From NCBI GenBank assembly GCA_965279035.1, contig OZ257142.1, forward strand, positions 672,001 through 736,000: DNA of 64,000 nucleotides. The letters are read 5' to 3'. Shown here piece after piece: positions 54,998 through 64,000 of the stretch; the first letter of the stretch is position 1; the number at the start of each line of letters is the position of its first letter. Below the pieces are notes generated by a model. The model had not been told where the DNA came from. It made no database searches and was given only the letters and a program-made list of their open reading frames with translations. Both the position numbers and the translations under genes were made by a program. Source of the stretch: Bacteroidia bacterium (GTDB lineage: Bacteria; Bacteroidota; Bacteroidia; M30B66).

Positions 54998-57900
54998 TTA
55001 ATGTGTTACTACCACGCGAATAGTTCTTGTGGTTTTGTTATCACGAATTACAGCTAGGTAAGTTCCTGCTTTCAAGTCGGAAGTGCTGATTGTTTCAACC
55101 GTATTTGTAAGCGTTTTTCTAAGAACCACTTTGCCAGTGATGTCGGTTAATTCTAACACCGCTTGACGAGAATCTGAACGAAGGATTTTTACTAATTCGT
55201 TGGCTGGATTCGGGAAGGCGATGAGTTGATTTCCGTCCGTTACATTGGCAATTCCTGTTACATCATCTGTAATGGCAATTTCGTAGCTCGAAGTAGAAGT
55301 ACAACCACCATTGCTGATTGAAAGCGTTACGGTATAGATTCCTGTTTGCATGTATGCGTGCGATACGTTTGCACCAGCAACTACGCTTGTTTGATCACCG
55401 AAATTCCACGTGTATTCAGCACCAGCAATTTGAACTGTGCTAAATTCTACGATGGCTTTATCAAGGGAGATGCTCGAAGCCGAACTTGTGATACCGGCAT
55501 TTTCGAAAGCTTCAAATCCTTGAATATCGATCAAAGTAGAATTGAATTCAGTTCCATCATACGATGTTTCCATTGAGTATGATTGTGGAGCCAAGCCAGT
55601 GAAGATGTATTCTGCCATCACTGAATCTTTCGCCATGACTACTTCGCCCGCTGTGTTTTTGATACGTGCTTGCATTGGGTAGTTTTGGTTTGGATTGCTT
55701 AGAATCACTTTTCCTGTGTTTTCGTTAGTACAAGAACCAGTTGAAGAATAAGCAAATGGAGCCATGAAATGCAGGCGGAAACGTGTCCCAACAAATGCAG
55801 GATCGTTGGTAAATGAATAATTCGAAGCTGCATTCAAGTTGTGGAATTCACTTGTTTTACGGTCTTCCAAGAACACACGAACTGTTGGATCGAAGTTATC
55901 AAATAGGTTGAGGTCGAATGAATAAGTTCCGGCAGTTGCCATCACCACACCTAAATCAATTACACGAGCAGCGTTGAGGACTGGTAAATACTGAGTTGTA
56001 AATTGACCATCACCAAGCATAGTGTATAATTCAAGTACATCGCTCGAAGGCATTCTTGGAGAATCGAATCCGAAATCAACGCCATCAGTGCCTGTTTCAC
56101 CAAAACCAACAACCGCATCAAAACTAATTTGATTTGGATTGGTTAAACGTAACCGAAGGATAGAGTAAGGACTATCGTTATCGAGGAACTGAGTTGAGTT
56201 ACCTGGATAATTTGGAACACGTTGATTTGAGTTGAAACTTACTGTTCCGGCACCGCTTACTTGAGCGAAAAATCCTTGTCCTGCAGAGATTTCAGCAGAG
56301 TTAAATCCGGGAACAGGATTTCCTGATAAAACACCTAAGCCTGATAATACAACATACGAGTTAGAAGTGAAAGGAAATGATCCTGCAAAAGACCAAAGAT
56401 AAACTGACCCAAGATTGGAATTAGTAGATCGGAGTAAATTGTAGGAAAGTGCCGAAGGATAAGGATTACTAAGTAGATTGAAGTTATTCCCAACATTCAC
56501 AGTCACAGGAAAATTGTAAGTACTTTCATTTGGAGTTCCAGTGAAAGTCACATTTCCATTTCCTGCATACGTTTGAATATATCCTTTGCCCGGTAACATT
56601 GCAACAGGAGTTGTTATTGGATTTCCCCAAGCACCTTGGATACTTCCTCCTGCCGACATGTTGTCATAAGCATAAATATTATTTCCAAAAGTTGATTGTA
56701 AGGAGTTTGTAGAAGCACCAGTTACAGGAGAACCCCAATAATTGTAACCTCCGTAAATAGAACCATTTCGTTTGTAAATAATGTTTCCAATTACATTTCC
56801 GCTATAATTTTTAGTTAAATCACCTGTAGCAACGCCACCACTTAGTAGTACTGAATTATTCTCAAAACTCATATTCCCATTGCTTGTAACGCTTACTCCT
56901 GCTCGAACAGCTACAACTCCATAAAAGTGAATGAGCGTTTGAACTGCACCGGAATTTAAGCCTCCTTCATTGAAACGGAGAGTCCCTTGTCCTGAAATTT
57001 TGGGCGCTGTGGCAACGATGTTCGCATAATTACCAGAACGTGTGATGAAACTTTTATAAGTAGAACTTGCTGTGAGTCGTAATTCAGATCCTGCAAATAT
57101 CAAGACTGAAGGTGTGAAACCATTTGCTAGCGTATGAACGAATTCAATTCCATGGGCGTTTTGTGTCCCACTAATTGTCGGATAAACATTGCTTGCTAAG
57201 GTTGGAATGATGACCGTTGAACTTGCTGAAGGTGTAGTTAAGGCTGTTGCGTCTCCTCCAACCCAATTAGCTGGGTTAGAGAAATTATTATCTATAGCTC
57301 CAGTCCATATTAATCCATTGGTTACAGCCATCTTAAGATATTGAGCAGGAGCAGCATTACCGGCAGTTGTTCTAGCCAAACGGATGTAAACAGTAGTTCC
57401 AGGAGTTAATCCAGATGCAGCAGCATAAGCCATATTAGCAGCAGCTCCCCCTGAATTACAGGCAACTTGAGAAAGTCCAGTTGAACAAGTAGTTGCTGTG
57501 AAAATCTGAACTAAGGCACTAGTTATATTTAATGAAGCAATTGGATTATTATGTTCTTGTGTAATTACATGGATTTCCCCATTTGAAGGAACAACAGATC
57601 TAAACCAAATGTCTTTATCAATTCCAACACAAGCAGCGCCCGGACTTGCTGTTGCTCCCGCTAAAGAACGAAGAACGAATACTGGAGTATTAGTAACAGT
57701 TACTAGCCCTTGAGATTGATCTGCCAAGCAAATGTCGTTTGTTAGAGCAGGATCAACATTAACTAAAACAGCTGTTGCGCCCGAAGTACAACTTGTTACG
57801 CTACTAGTTGCTGTTACATGATATACAACAGTTGAAAAAGGAGCAGCATAAACCGTTGTAGAATGTGTATTCAATACATAAGGAATTGTAAGAGATGCAT

Positions 57901-60900
57901 CCATGTACAAGTCGCTTGCTGGTGACCAATGATACACTGAATTCACATCAATATTTGATATCGTAAGCGCTTGTGAAGAATTGGATGCATTTATTGTTGC
58001 CGACGAAGGATTTACAACTGGGCGTGGTTCAATAATAATTGTTTGATCGTAAGTTGCATCCGCACATGGAGAGTTTGATACGGTCATTCGCAAAGTAACT
58101 ATTGTTCCAGCATCATTTGGTGCAGGTGAATATGTTGGACTTGTAGAGCTTGTATTAATTAAAGCTCCATTTCCTGTAAGACGTGTCCAGTTTATCGTTC
58201 CATTGGTAGCTGTAATACCAGTTAATGTCACAAATCCATTTTCACATGTAATAAATGTTCCTGAACCAGAAGCCGTTGGGCTCTGACTAATACTCACAGC
58301 ATTTATAGCAGAAGTTGTATTACAACCATTCGTATTACTAACAATTAACGTATAGTTTCCACTAGTTGAAGCTGTGTAATTGTTGGATGTTGCTAAAGGA
58401 ATATTGACTCCTCCTAATTGCCATTGGAAGCCGCTTATCGAACCGCTACCAGCACTTGAGCCAATTGCACCTAAGACAGTTCCAGAGGAAGCGCAACCCG
58501 AAAGAGAACCACTTATCGTAGAAATTGGTTTTGCATAAACTGTAGCTATTACTGGAGTTCTAGTTGTGCTTTCGCAACCACTTGTGGTATTATAGATTGT
58601 GACATAATATGTTGCAGTGCTTGAAATTACAGTTGTTGTATAAGAACTACCAGTAGATTGTAATAAGGTTCCTCCACTTGAAGCATCGTACCATTTATAG
58701 TCTTCACCTGCAATTGCATCTGTTGCGTCAAGAAGAAGTGATCCAGTTCCGCAAATTTGTGATGGAATTCCTGTTGGAGCCGAAGGTATCGCCGGGTCGA
58801 ACAATGAAATGCTTCCTGAAACTGGATATGGATCAGAATTACATCCGTTGATGCTTACTATGATATTATCATAATCACCTTGTCCTAATCCGCTAAGTTG
58901 AAGAACACCACTTCCATTGCTTGTTATCGATCCGGCATTGATTGTTGCGCCACTGTTTTTCTTGTACGAAACAGAATAAGAAGTTGAATTTGATAAACCA
59001 CTTAGTTGAATAGTTCCATTTGTACCAGAACAGGTTGTTGGATCGATTGCAATAAAAGAGGAGATAACTGGTATTGCAGGATCTGAAAGTACAAGGTTTC
59101 CTGATAATGGATATGCAGGAGAATAGCAACCTAATGCATTGGTTACAACAAAGGTATTATATGAACCTTCTGTCAAGCCTGAAACGACTAATGCTCCCGA
59201 ACCATTTGTAGTTAAACTACCTGCATTAACAGGCGTTACACCTTTGATATACGTTAGAGTATAGCTTGTACTAACCGACAATCCATTTAAGGTAATACTA
59301 CCATTTGAACCACCACAAGTACTTGGATTCACTGGTGAGTATGATCCAATAGACGGGCTTGATGGCGGCACTAAAGCTATAACTCCAGAAGATGGAGTAG
59401 GAGAAGAATTACAACCTGACAGAGACACTACGATGTTATCATAATTGCCTTCTGTTAGATTATTTATTATTAATGATCCACCTCCATTTGTAAGTATGCT
59501 TCCAGCATTTGTATTCACAGTGTTTCTGTCATAATTCACTGTATACGAAGTTGAAGCCAACAGGCCGTTTAATTGGATACTTCCATCATTTCCAGCACAT
59601 GTAGTTGGATTGGTAGTAGAAACACCACTTACCGAAGGTGCTGCTGGATCGTTAAGGGCAATAAAGCCTGAACTTGGATATGCTGGTGTTGATGAACATC
59701 CGGCTAGAGTTAGAACGATATTATCGTATGCACCATCACCTAAACCAGTAATGATTAATGAACCACCGACATTTGTTGAAATGCTTCCTGCGTTCACATT
59801 CGGAGGACCATTTTTCTGATATAGTACAGTATAGCTTGTTGATGGGACTAATCCATTCAACGTAATTGTACCATTACTTCCAGCACAGGTAGTAGGATTT
59901 GTTTTAGAATCAGAGGTGATGATTGGATTTTTGAAAGTAACCACTATCGGTTTTACATCATTTCCACAAGTATTCGCATATTTTACATAAATGGTTGAAG
60001 CTACACTTACAGCAGAAGGATCGCCCGTATATGACGTTGTTGCACCTAGATTAGTCCAATAGGTTATTCCAGAAACAAGAACACCATTTGTAACATTCAC
60101 AATTCCTGATGCAGTTATATCAACAGTTCCAGGAGAACATCCTGCTGGAGGATTGGTTACAGAAATGATTGGTGAAGGTTCCAATATTTCAAATGGAGTT
60201 GTTTCACTACCAACAATTGCAGGTGTGCTTGATATGACACGAATCTTATAACCTAAACCAGCAAGTGCTCCGGCAGGTATTACACCCGGACCAGCTGTTA
60301 TTGTTCCACTAGCAGTGCTGGTTAGTGTTCCAATGGTGACAGGGCTCGCAAAACTTCCACTAGCATCTGAAAGTTGAGCAGTAAAAATATTTCCACCAGT
60401 ATAGGATCCAGTAACAGTATAGGAAACACTAATAGCAGAACCTGGACATTGTGTAACAGCTACATTGCTTGTAGTGATAGTATTACAAGAACTCACAACA
60501 ACAGCAACAGCATCAGAGTTTCTAGAACAGCTTCCGCTGGTTAATTTAACAGTATAAAAATAGTTCCCCGCTGTAGCAGTAGATGGACTATAGGTAGATG
60601 ATGTTTGTCCACCAATATTACTGTTACTTGGAGGCCAAGCGTATGTTTGCCATTGATACGTTGGAGAACTCATTCCTCCTGAATTCACTGCAGTAAGAGT
60701 AAGAGGACTTCCTGTACATACGTTTTGTTGTCCAGTTGGAGTTATAGTTGGTTTTGTAGTTGGAGTATAAACAAATATTCTTCCTGTAACTGGCCATGAA
60801 GATGCGCAATTCCATCCTCCAGCTAATGACATTCCATCGGTGTTTGAAACTCCAGCTGTTGTACTTGCCCATGGCCCTTCGCAACCGTTTGTTCTATTTA

Positions 60901-63823
60901 AATAATCACTAGTAAGCGATCCCCTAATTCCAGTTTGAGCAGAAAATACACCTAAACCACCTACAAATGTTAAATCGTAAGGAGAGCACCGATAAAAGAA
61001 TTCAATTTTATTGGTTCCTTCATAAAGACGTATTTGAAAATCACTTTGAGCACCTGGGCTACCAACGCCAACTTTATCAACACCAACAGAAGCCCATTCA
61101 ATGACACAAGTCCGAGAACCTGCTGTACCAAATGTTACATACTTAAGAGATGCTCCGGTAAATGAACCCATATCGGTTCCGTAAACAGAGGCTATTCCAT
61201 CTACAGTTCCTGATTGTCCAGCTGTTGAGCTAATAGGATTATATTGTGTTGAAGAACATGTTCCAGTACCAAACCAAATAAAACCATTCGAACTTATGCC
61301 CATTGTGGAGTACGGAGCATCGTTAAAATTAAATGTAAAACCAATGCTTTTATTGGTATATACTTGATCATCAGCCCATATTAATGTTGTTGGTGTTCCT
61401 AAGCTTGCAGCCGTTGCATAACTTCCTGTTGGACCATATGAATAGGCATAACCACAACTAACTGTTCCTGGGGAACCAGAACTAACATTTACGGTTACAG
61501 TTCCAGTTCTGGAACATCCTGAAGGATCGCTTGCTGTTACTGTGTAGGTTGCAGTTGATAGTGTAGTTGAATAAACCGTTTGTGCAAAATCACCAACATT
61601 ATAAGGAGTGGTTAATCCAGCATCAATATACAAGGCAGTTACTGGTGACCAAGAATAAGAAATTGCTCCATTGCTAGATGTTGTTGAAGCAGTTAATGTA
61701 GAGGTTTGACCTAGACCAATGGTCGAAGGACTTGCACTAGCAGTTACTACTGCCGGATTTACTGTAATTGTTGAATTGGCAGTTCCTACGCACGTATTAG
61801 CTGTTGCAGTAAGAGTATATGTTGTAGTAGTACTAGGATTTGCAGAAGGATTTGAAATGTTAGTTGCACTTAAGCCTGTTGCTGGAGACCAAGACCATGT
61901 GGTTGCTCCAGCAGCTGCATTGGCTCCTGTTAAAGCAATACTGTTTGGTGAACCTGTATTACAAATGCTTGAATTATAGGGTGCCGAACCATTTATCGTT
62001 ACACTTGGAGTGGGATTAACCGTTACATCTAAAGGCGTTGTTTGAATAGCGGTAGCTCCTCCATTTGTACATGTAATTAAACATTTATAGTAATAATGAA
62101 CCGCAGTTAAACCTGCATTTGTTAAAGAAGCAGTAGTATAATTAGCTGTATTTGCACCTGAACCTCCTACAACATTGGAATACGGACCTCCTGAAGAAGT
62201 AGCAACTTGCCATTGAAGATTAATGCCAGATACACCCGTAGTGTATCCAGTTGCATACATAGTTGTAGTGGCACTAGGGCATGCTGAAGCGGTAGTATTG
62301 GTTCCACTACTACCAGCATAAACATTTCCAGCTGTAGGTGTTCCAGAACAAGCCGATCCGGATATATTTACTCTATAATCTTCAACCTCACCAGCTCCTC
62401 CATTTGCTGCCGTGGTTCCAAAAGTAGCACAGGCTTGAGCATTCGTAATAGTATTAGTAGTTCCAAATCGGCCAATTACCCGCATGGATGTTGTGCCAGT
62501 TAAAGCTGTTCCAGGAACTGTAAATGCAATACTTCCTGTAGCATTAGGAGCCACTGCTGCCGCAAAAGCTCCAATAAATTCAGTAGTTTCAAACACCCCA
62601 TTTTGATTATAATCAATCCAAGCAGCTGCTCTGTGGTTTGATAAAGCTTGACTACCAACTTTTACTTGCAATGTATAACTTGCACTGAGAGCTAAATCAG
62701 CAACTTGAGAAGTATATAATGAATAATAAGGTGAAACTGAATTGACTGTTGTTACATTATTCAATGCTGTTGGACTACCATTTAGAATCACTTGTGTAAT
62801 TCCTCTTGTTCCACCATTTGCTGCATTAAATGTGGGAGTACAATAACAATTTAGAAATGAATTTAAGGAAACGGTTGAGATTTGAGAAGCTGTTGTTTGA
62901 CCAGATGCTGTACAAGTTACATTACATCTATAATATGTAGTTGTATAAGGCAAAGATGCTCCGGTTGGTGTTGTAAATGTGGCCGTTGTTGCACCTGAAC
63001 CACCTGTAACATTTACATAAGGACCACCGATAACGTTTGATTCTTGCCATTGATAAGTATAACCAGATGCATTTAATGTTAAAGCGATAGATGTTGTTGA
63101 AACGGCGCAAATGCTTGTTGATGCTGGTGTAACAACTAAAGACGAAGGTGTTCCTGAACAAGCAACTCCAGGTGTTATTGTAACTTTAAAATCTTTAAAC
63201 TCACCATAATATAAGCCTTGTCCAGCACAAGGTGCAATAGCAGGAATACTTCCAAATCCACCTCCCATTACTGCAATCCTCATTTTAACATCTCCCGATA
63301 GACCTGCACCTACAGTAAAAGAAGGTGAGGTAACATTAAGAGAACCCGGATTGGGAACTGTTATTCCCATTATATTTTCTCCAGCATCGGTAAATAAACC
63401 ATTGTTGTTCCAATCTATCCATGCATAAAAACATGTGTAATAACTTGCAGATGATGCTGCAGAGCTTGACATGTTAAATGTATAGGCTTGTCCTGCCGTT
63501 ACGTTACCTGTTACTGATGAATATAAGTTAGTATAAGGATTTGCACCAGCTGTTCCACCAGAATAAAATGTCGTGGAATTGAATTTTGCAGTAGTTATGA
63601 AAATATTGCCTGCAGCACCATTAGAGGTTCCTCCAAAAGCAGGAGAGGGAGTACATTGTGCCTTGCTTTCATTTGAATAAAAAATGCTAAAAACTAAAAT
63701 GAGAAAGTAAAAAATTAACTTAAAGTAGTTTGAAGCTATGATTGAAAACTGTTTAAAGAAATTCAATTCAGAAACATTCTTATTAATTGAATGATCAAGC
63801 ATATTTGTGTAGCTGTTTTTCAT
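54998..63823 (-). CDS. giant T9SS type A CTD surface protein (2 GEVED domains, nidogen-like domain, Ig-like tandem repeats, PKD)
   Basis: AWID(W/Y)N.NG.F...GE(F/V).D twice, IGFTFNFN...NGFIWFG, four NPTTC..NG.I.L.GL repeats, NPYPS, WNFGD, FPNPA...GTY CTD; ORF open from 63871, start uncertain (MKNSYT at 63823 preferred). Confidence 0.88.
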   Translation of the reverse strand: MKNSYTNMLDHSINKNVSELNFFKQFSIIASNYFKLIFYFLILVFSIFYSNESKAQCTPSPAFGGTSNGAAGNIFITTAKFNSTTFYSGGTAGANPYTNLYSSVTGNVTAGQAYTFNMSSSAASSASYYTCFYAWIDWNNNGLFTDAGENIMGITVPNPGSLNVTSPSFTVGAGLSGDVKMRIAVMGGGFGSIPAIAPCAGQGLYYGEFKDFKVTITPGVACSGTPSSLVVTPASTSICAVSTTSIALTLNASGYTYQWQESNVIGGPYVNVTGGSGATTATFTTPTGASLPYTTTYYRCNVTCTASGQTTASQISTVSLNSFLNCYCTPTFNAANGGTRGITQVILNGSPTALNNVTTVNSVSPYYSLYTSQVADLALSASYTLQVKVGSQALSNHRAAAWIDYNQNGVFETTEFIGAFAAAVAPNATGSIAFTVPGTALTGTTSMRVIGRFGTTNTITNAQACATFGTTAANGGAGEVEDYRVNISGSACSGTPTAGNVYAGSSGTNTTASACPSATTTMYATGYTTGVSGINLQWQVATSSGGPYSNVVGGSGANTANYTTASLTNAGLTAVHYYYKCLITCTNGGATAIQTTPLDVTVNPTPSVTINGSAPYNSSICNTGSPNSIALTGANAAAGATTWSWSPATGLSATNISNPSANPSTTTTYTLTATANTCVGTANSTITVNPAVVTASASPSTIGLGQTSTLTASTTSSNGAISYSWSPVTALYIDAGLTTPYNVGDFAQTVYSTTLSTATYTVTASDPSGCSRTGTVTVNVSSGSPGTVSCGYAYSYGPTGSYATAASLGTPTTLIWADDQVYTNKSIGFTFNFNDAPYSTMGISSNGFIWFGTGTCSSTQYNPISSTAGQSGTVDGIASVYGTDMGSFTGASLKYVTFGTAGSRTCVIEWASVGVDKVGVGSPGAQSDFQIRLYEGTNKIEFFYRCSPYDLTFVGGLGVFSAQTGIRGSLTSDYLNRTNGCEGPWASTTAGVSNTDGMSLAGGWNCASSWPVTGRIFVYTPTTKPTITPTGQQNVCTGSPLTLTAVNSGGMSSPTYQWQTYAWPPSNSNIGGQTSSTYSPSTATAGNYFYTVKLTSGSCSRNSDAVAVVVSSCNTITTSNVAVTQCPGSAISVSYTVTGSYTGGNIFTAQLSDASGSFASPVTIGTLTSTASGTITAGPGVIPAGALAGLGYKIRVISSTPAIVGSETTPFEILEPSPIISVTNPPAGCSPGTVDITASGIVNVTNGVLVSGITYWTNLGATTSYTGDPSAVSVASTIYVKYANTCGNDVKPIVVTFKNPIITSDSKTNPTTCAGSNGTITLNGLVPSTSYTVLYQKNGPPNVNAGSISTNVGGSLIITGLGDGAYDNIVLTLAGCSSTPAYPSSGFIALNDPAAPSVSGVSTTNPTTCAGNDGSIQLNGLLASTSYTVNYDRNTVNTNAGSILTNGGGSLIINNLTEGNYDNIVVSLSGCNSSPTPSSGVIALVPPSSPSIGSYSPVNPSTCGGSNGSITLNGLSVSTSYTLTYIKGVTPVNAGSLTTNGSGALVVSGLTEGSYNTFVVTNALGCYSPAYPLSGNLVLSDPAIPVISSFIAIDPTTCSGTNGTIQLSGLSNSTSYSVSYKKNSGATINAGSITSNGSGVLQLSGLGQGDYDNIIVSINGCNSDPYPVSGSISLFDPAIPSAPTGIPSQICGTGSLLLDATDAIAGEDYKWYDASSGGTLLQSTGSSYTTTVISSTATYYVTIYNTTSGCESTTRTPVIATVYAKPISTISGSLSGCASSGTVLGAIGSSAGSGSISGFQWQLGGVNIPLATSNNYTASTSGNYTLIVSNTNGCNTTSAINAVSISQSPTASGSGTFITCENGFVTLTGITATNGTINWTRLTGNGALINTSSTSPTYSPAPNDAGTIVTLRMTVSNSPCADATYDQTIIIEPRPVVNPSSATINASNSSQALTISNIDVNSVYHWSPASDLYMDASLTIPYVLNTHSTTVYAAPFSTVVYHVTATSSVTSCTSGATAVLVNVDPALTNDICLADQSQGLVTVTNTPVFVLRSLAGATASPGAACVGIDKDIWFRSVVPSNGEIHVITQEHNNPIASLNITSALVQIFTATTCSTGLSQVACNSGGAAANMAYAAASGLTPGTTVYIRLARTTAGNAAPAQYLKMAVTNGLIWTGAIDNNFSNPANWVGGDATALTTPSASSTVIIPTLASNVYPTISGTQNAHGIEFVHTLANGFTPSVLIFAGSELRLTASSTYKSFITRSGNYANIVATAPKISGQGTLRFNEGGLNSGAVQTLIHFYGVVAVRAGVSVTSNGNMSFENNSVLLSGGVATGDLTKNYSGNVIGNIIYKRNGSIYGGYNYWGSPVTGASTNSLQSTFGNNIYAYDNMSAGGSIQGAWGNPITTPVAMLPGKGYIQTYAGNGNVTFTGTPNESTYNFPVTVNVGNNFNLLSNPYPSALSYNLLRSTNSNLGSVYLWSFAGSFPFTSNSYVVLSGLGVLSGNPVPGFNSAEISAGQGFFAQVSGAGTVSFNSNQRVPNYPGNSTQFLDNDSPYSILRLRLTNPNQISFDAVVGFGETGTDGVDFGFDSPRMPSSDVLELYTMLGDGQFTTQYLPVLNAARVIDLGVVMATAGTYSFDLNLFDNFDPTVRVFLEDRKTSEFHNLNAASNYSFTNDPAFVGTRFRLHFMAPFAYSSTGSCTNENTGKVILSNPNQNYPMQARIKNTAGEVVMAKDSVMAEYIFTGLAPQSYSMETSYDGTEFNSTLIDIQGFEAFENAGITSSASSISLDKAIVEFSTVQIAGAEYTWNFGDQTSVVAGANVSHAYMQTGIYTVTLSISNGGCTSTSSYEIAITDDVTGIANVTDGNQLIAFPNPANELVKILRSDSRQAVLELTDITGKVVLRKTLTNTVETISTSDLKAGTYLAVIRDNKTTRTIRVVVTH
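58780..59930 (-). repeat. four intragenic tandem repeats of 94-96 aa
   Basis: The (N/D)P codons of (N/D)P(T/S)TC recur at 59895, 59607, 59325 and 59040 (spacings 288, 282, 285 nt). Confidence 0.85.
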
Positions 63824-64000
63824 AGACTGTAGCTTTTTTGATATGTGTTCAGATGAATGTCCCATCTCCATATCTTCAAACTTACACTATATAAAACCCA
63901 TTAAAAACGCTCATGCTTCATCTTATCTCAGTCATTGCTGAATACAATTTGAGCTAGATTTTCGAGATAAAAATGCAATCACTAAGATGAATGTTGTATC

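Noticed and set aside
3620-63161. The many 60-150-aa ORFs nested in or antisense to long genes (e.g. 7221-7607, 30613-30996, 31298-31741, 40560-40964)
   Set aside because: Shadow ORFs overlapping well-supported genes, with no recognisable motifs or independent promoters.

Overview
A 64-kb chromosomal window from a Bacteroidota bacterium, judged from the T9SS C-terminal sorting domains, the recurrent TAnnTTTG -7 promoter boxes and the absence of obvious Shine-Dalgarno sites. Housekeeping genes include hmgA (partial), nadB, metF, rlmN, an SNF2 helicase, SulP with a beta-carbonic anhydrase, yebC, an acyl-CoA carboxylase beta subunit, recJ, icd, thiL, dusB, ndh, lon and type B L31. The window also has a four-gene monocyclic-carotenoid tailoring operon (crtD-cruF-crtZ-crtY) and six T9SS cargo proteins built from shared modules, one about 2940 aa. 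I saw no rRNA, tRNA, CRISPR array, transposase or prophage. The best candidate for an undescribed system is 44.7-49.4 kb. There, a TPR sensor kinase and NarL-type regulator sit divergent from a secreted Cys/Phe-ladder beta-helix protein (no CTD) and a small two-repeat T9SS protein. The same 44-nt promoter architecture precedes both the secreted pair and the regulator. Other leads are a three-hairpin candidate sRNA with its own promoter and terminator (4.35-4.47 kb), two copies of a structured intergenic element, a sigma54-type lon promoter with a TGACA-type palindrome, and a 1-nt frameshift in a DHFR-like gene. All family assignments come from motif recognition by eye; no database searches were run.
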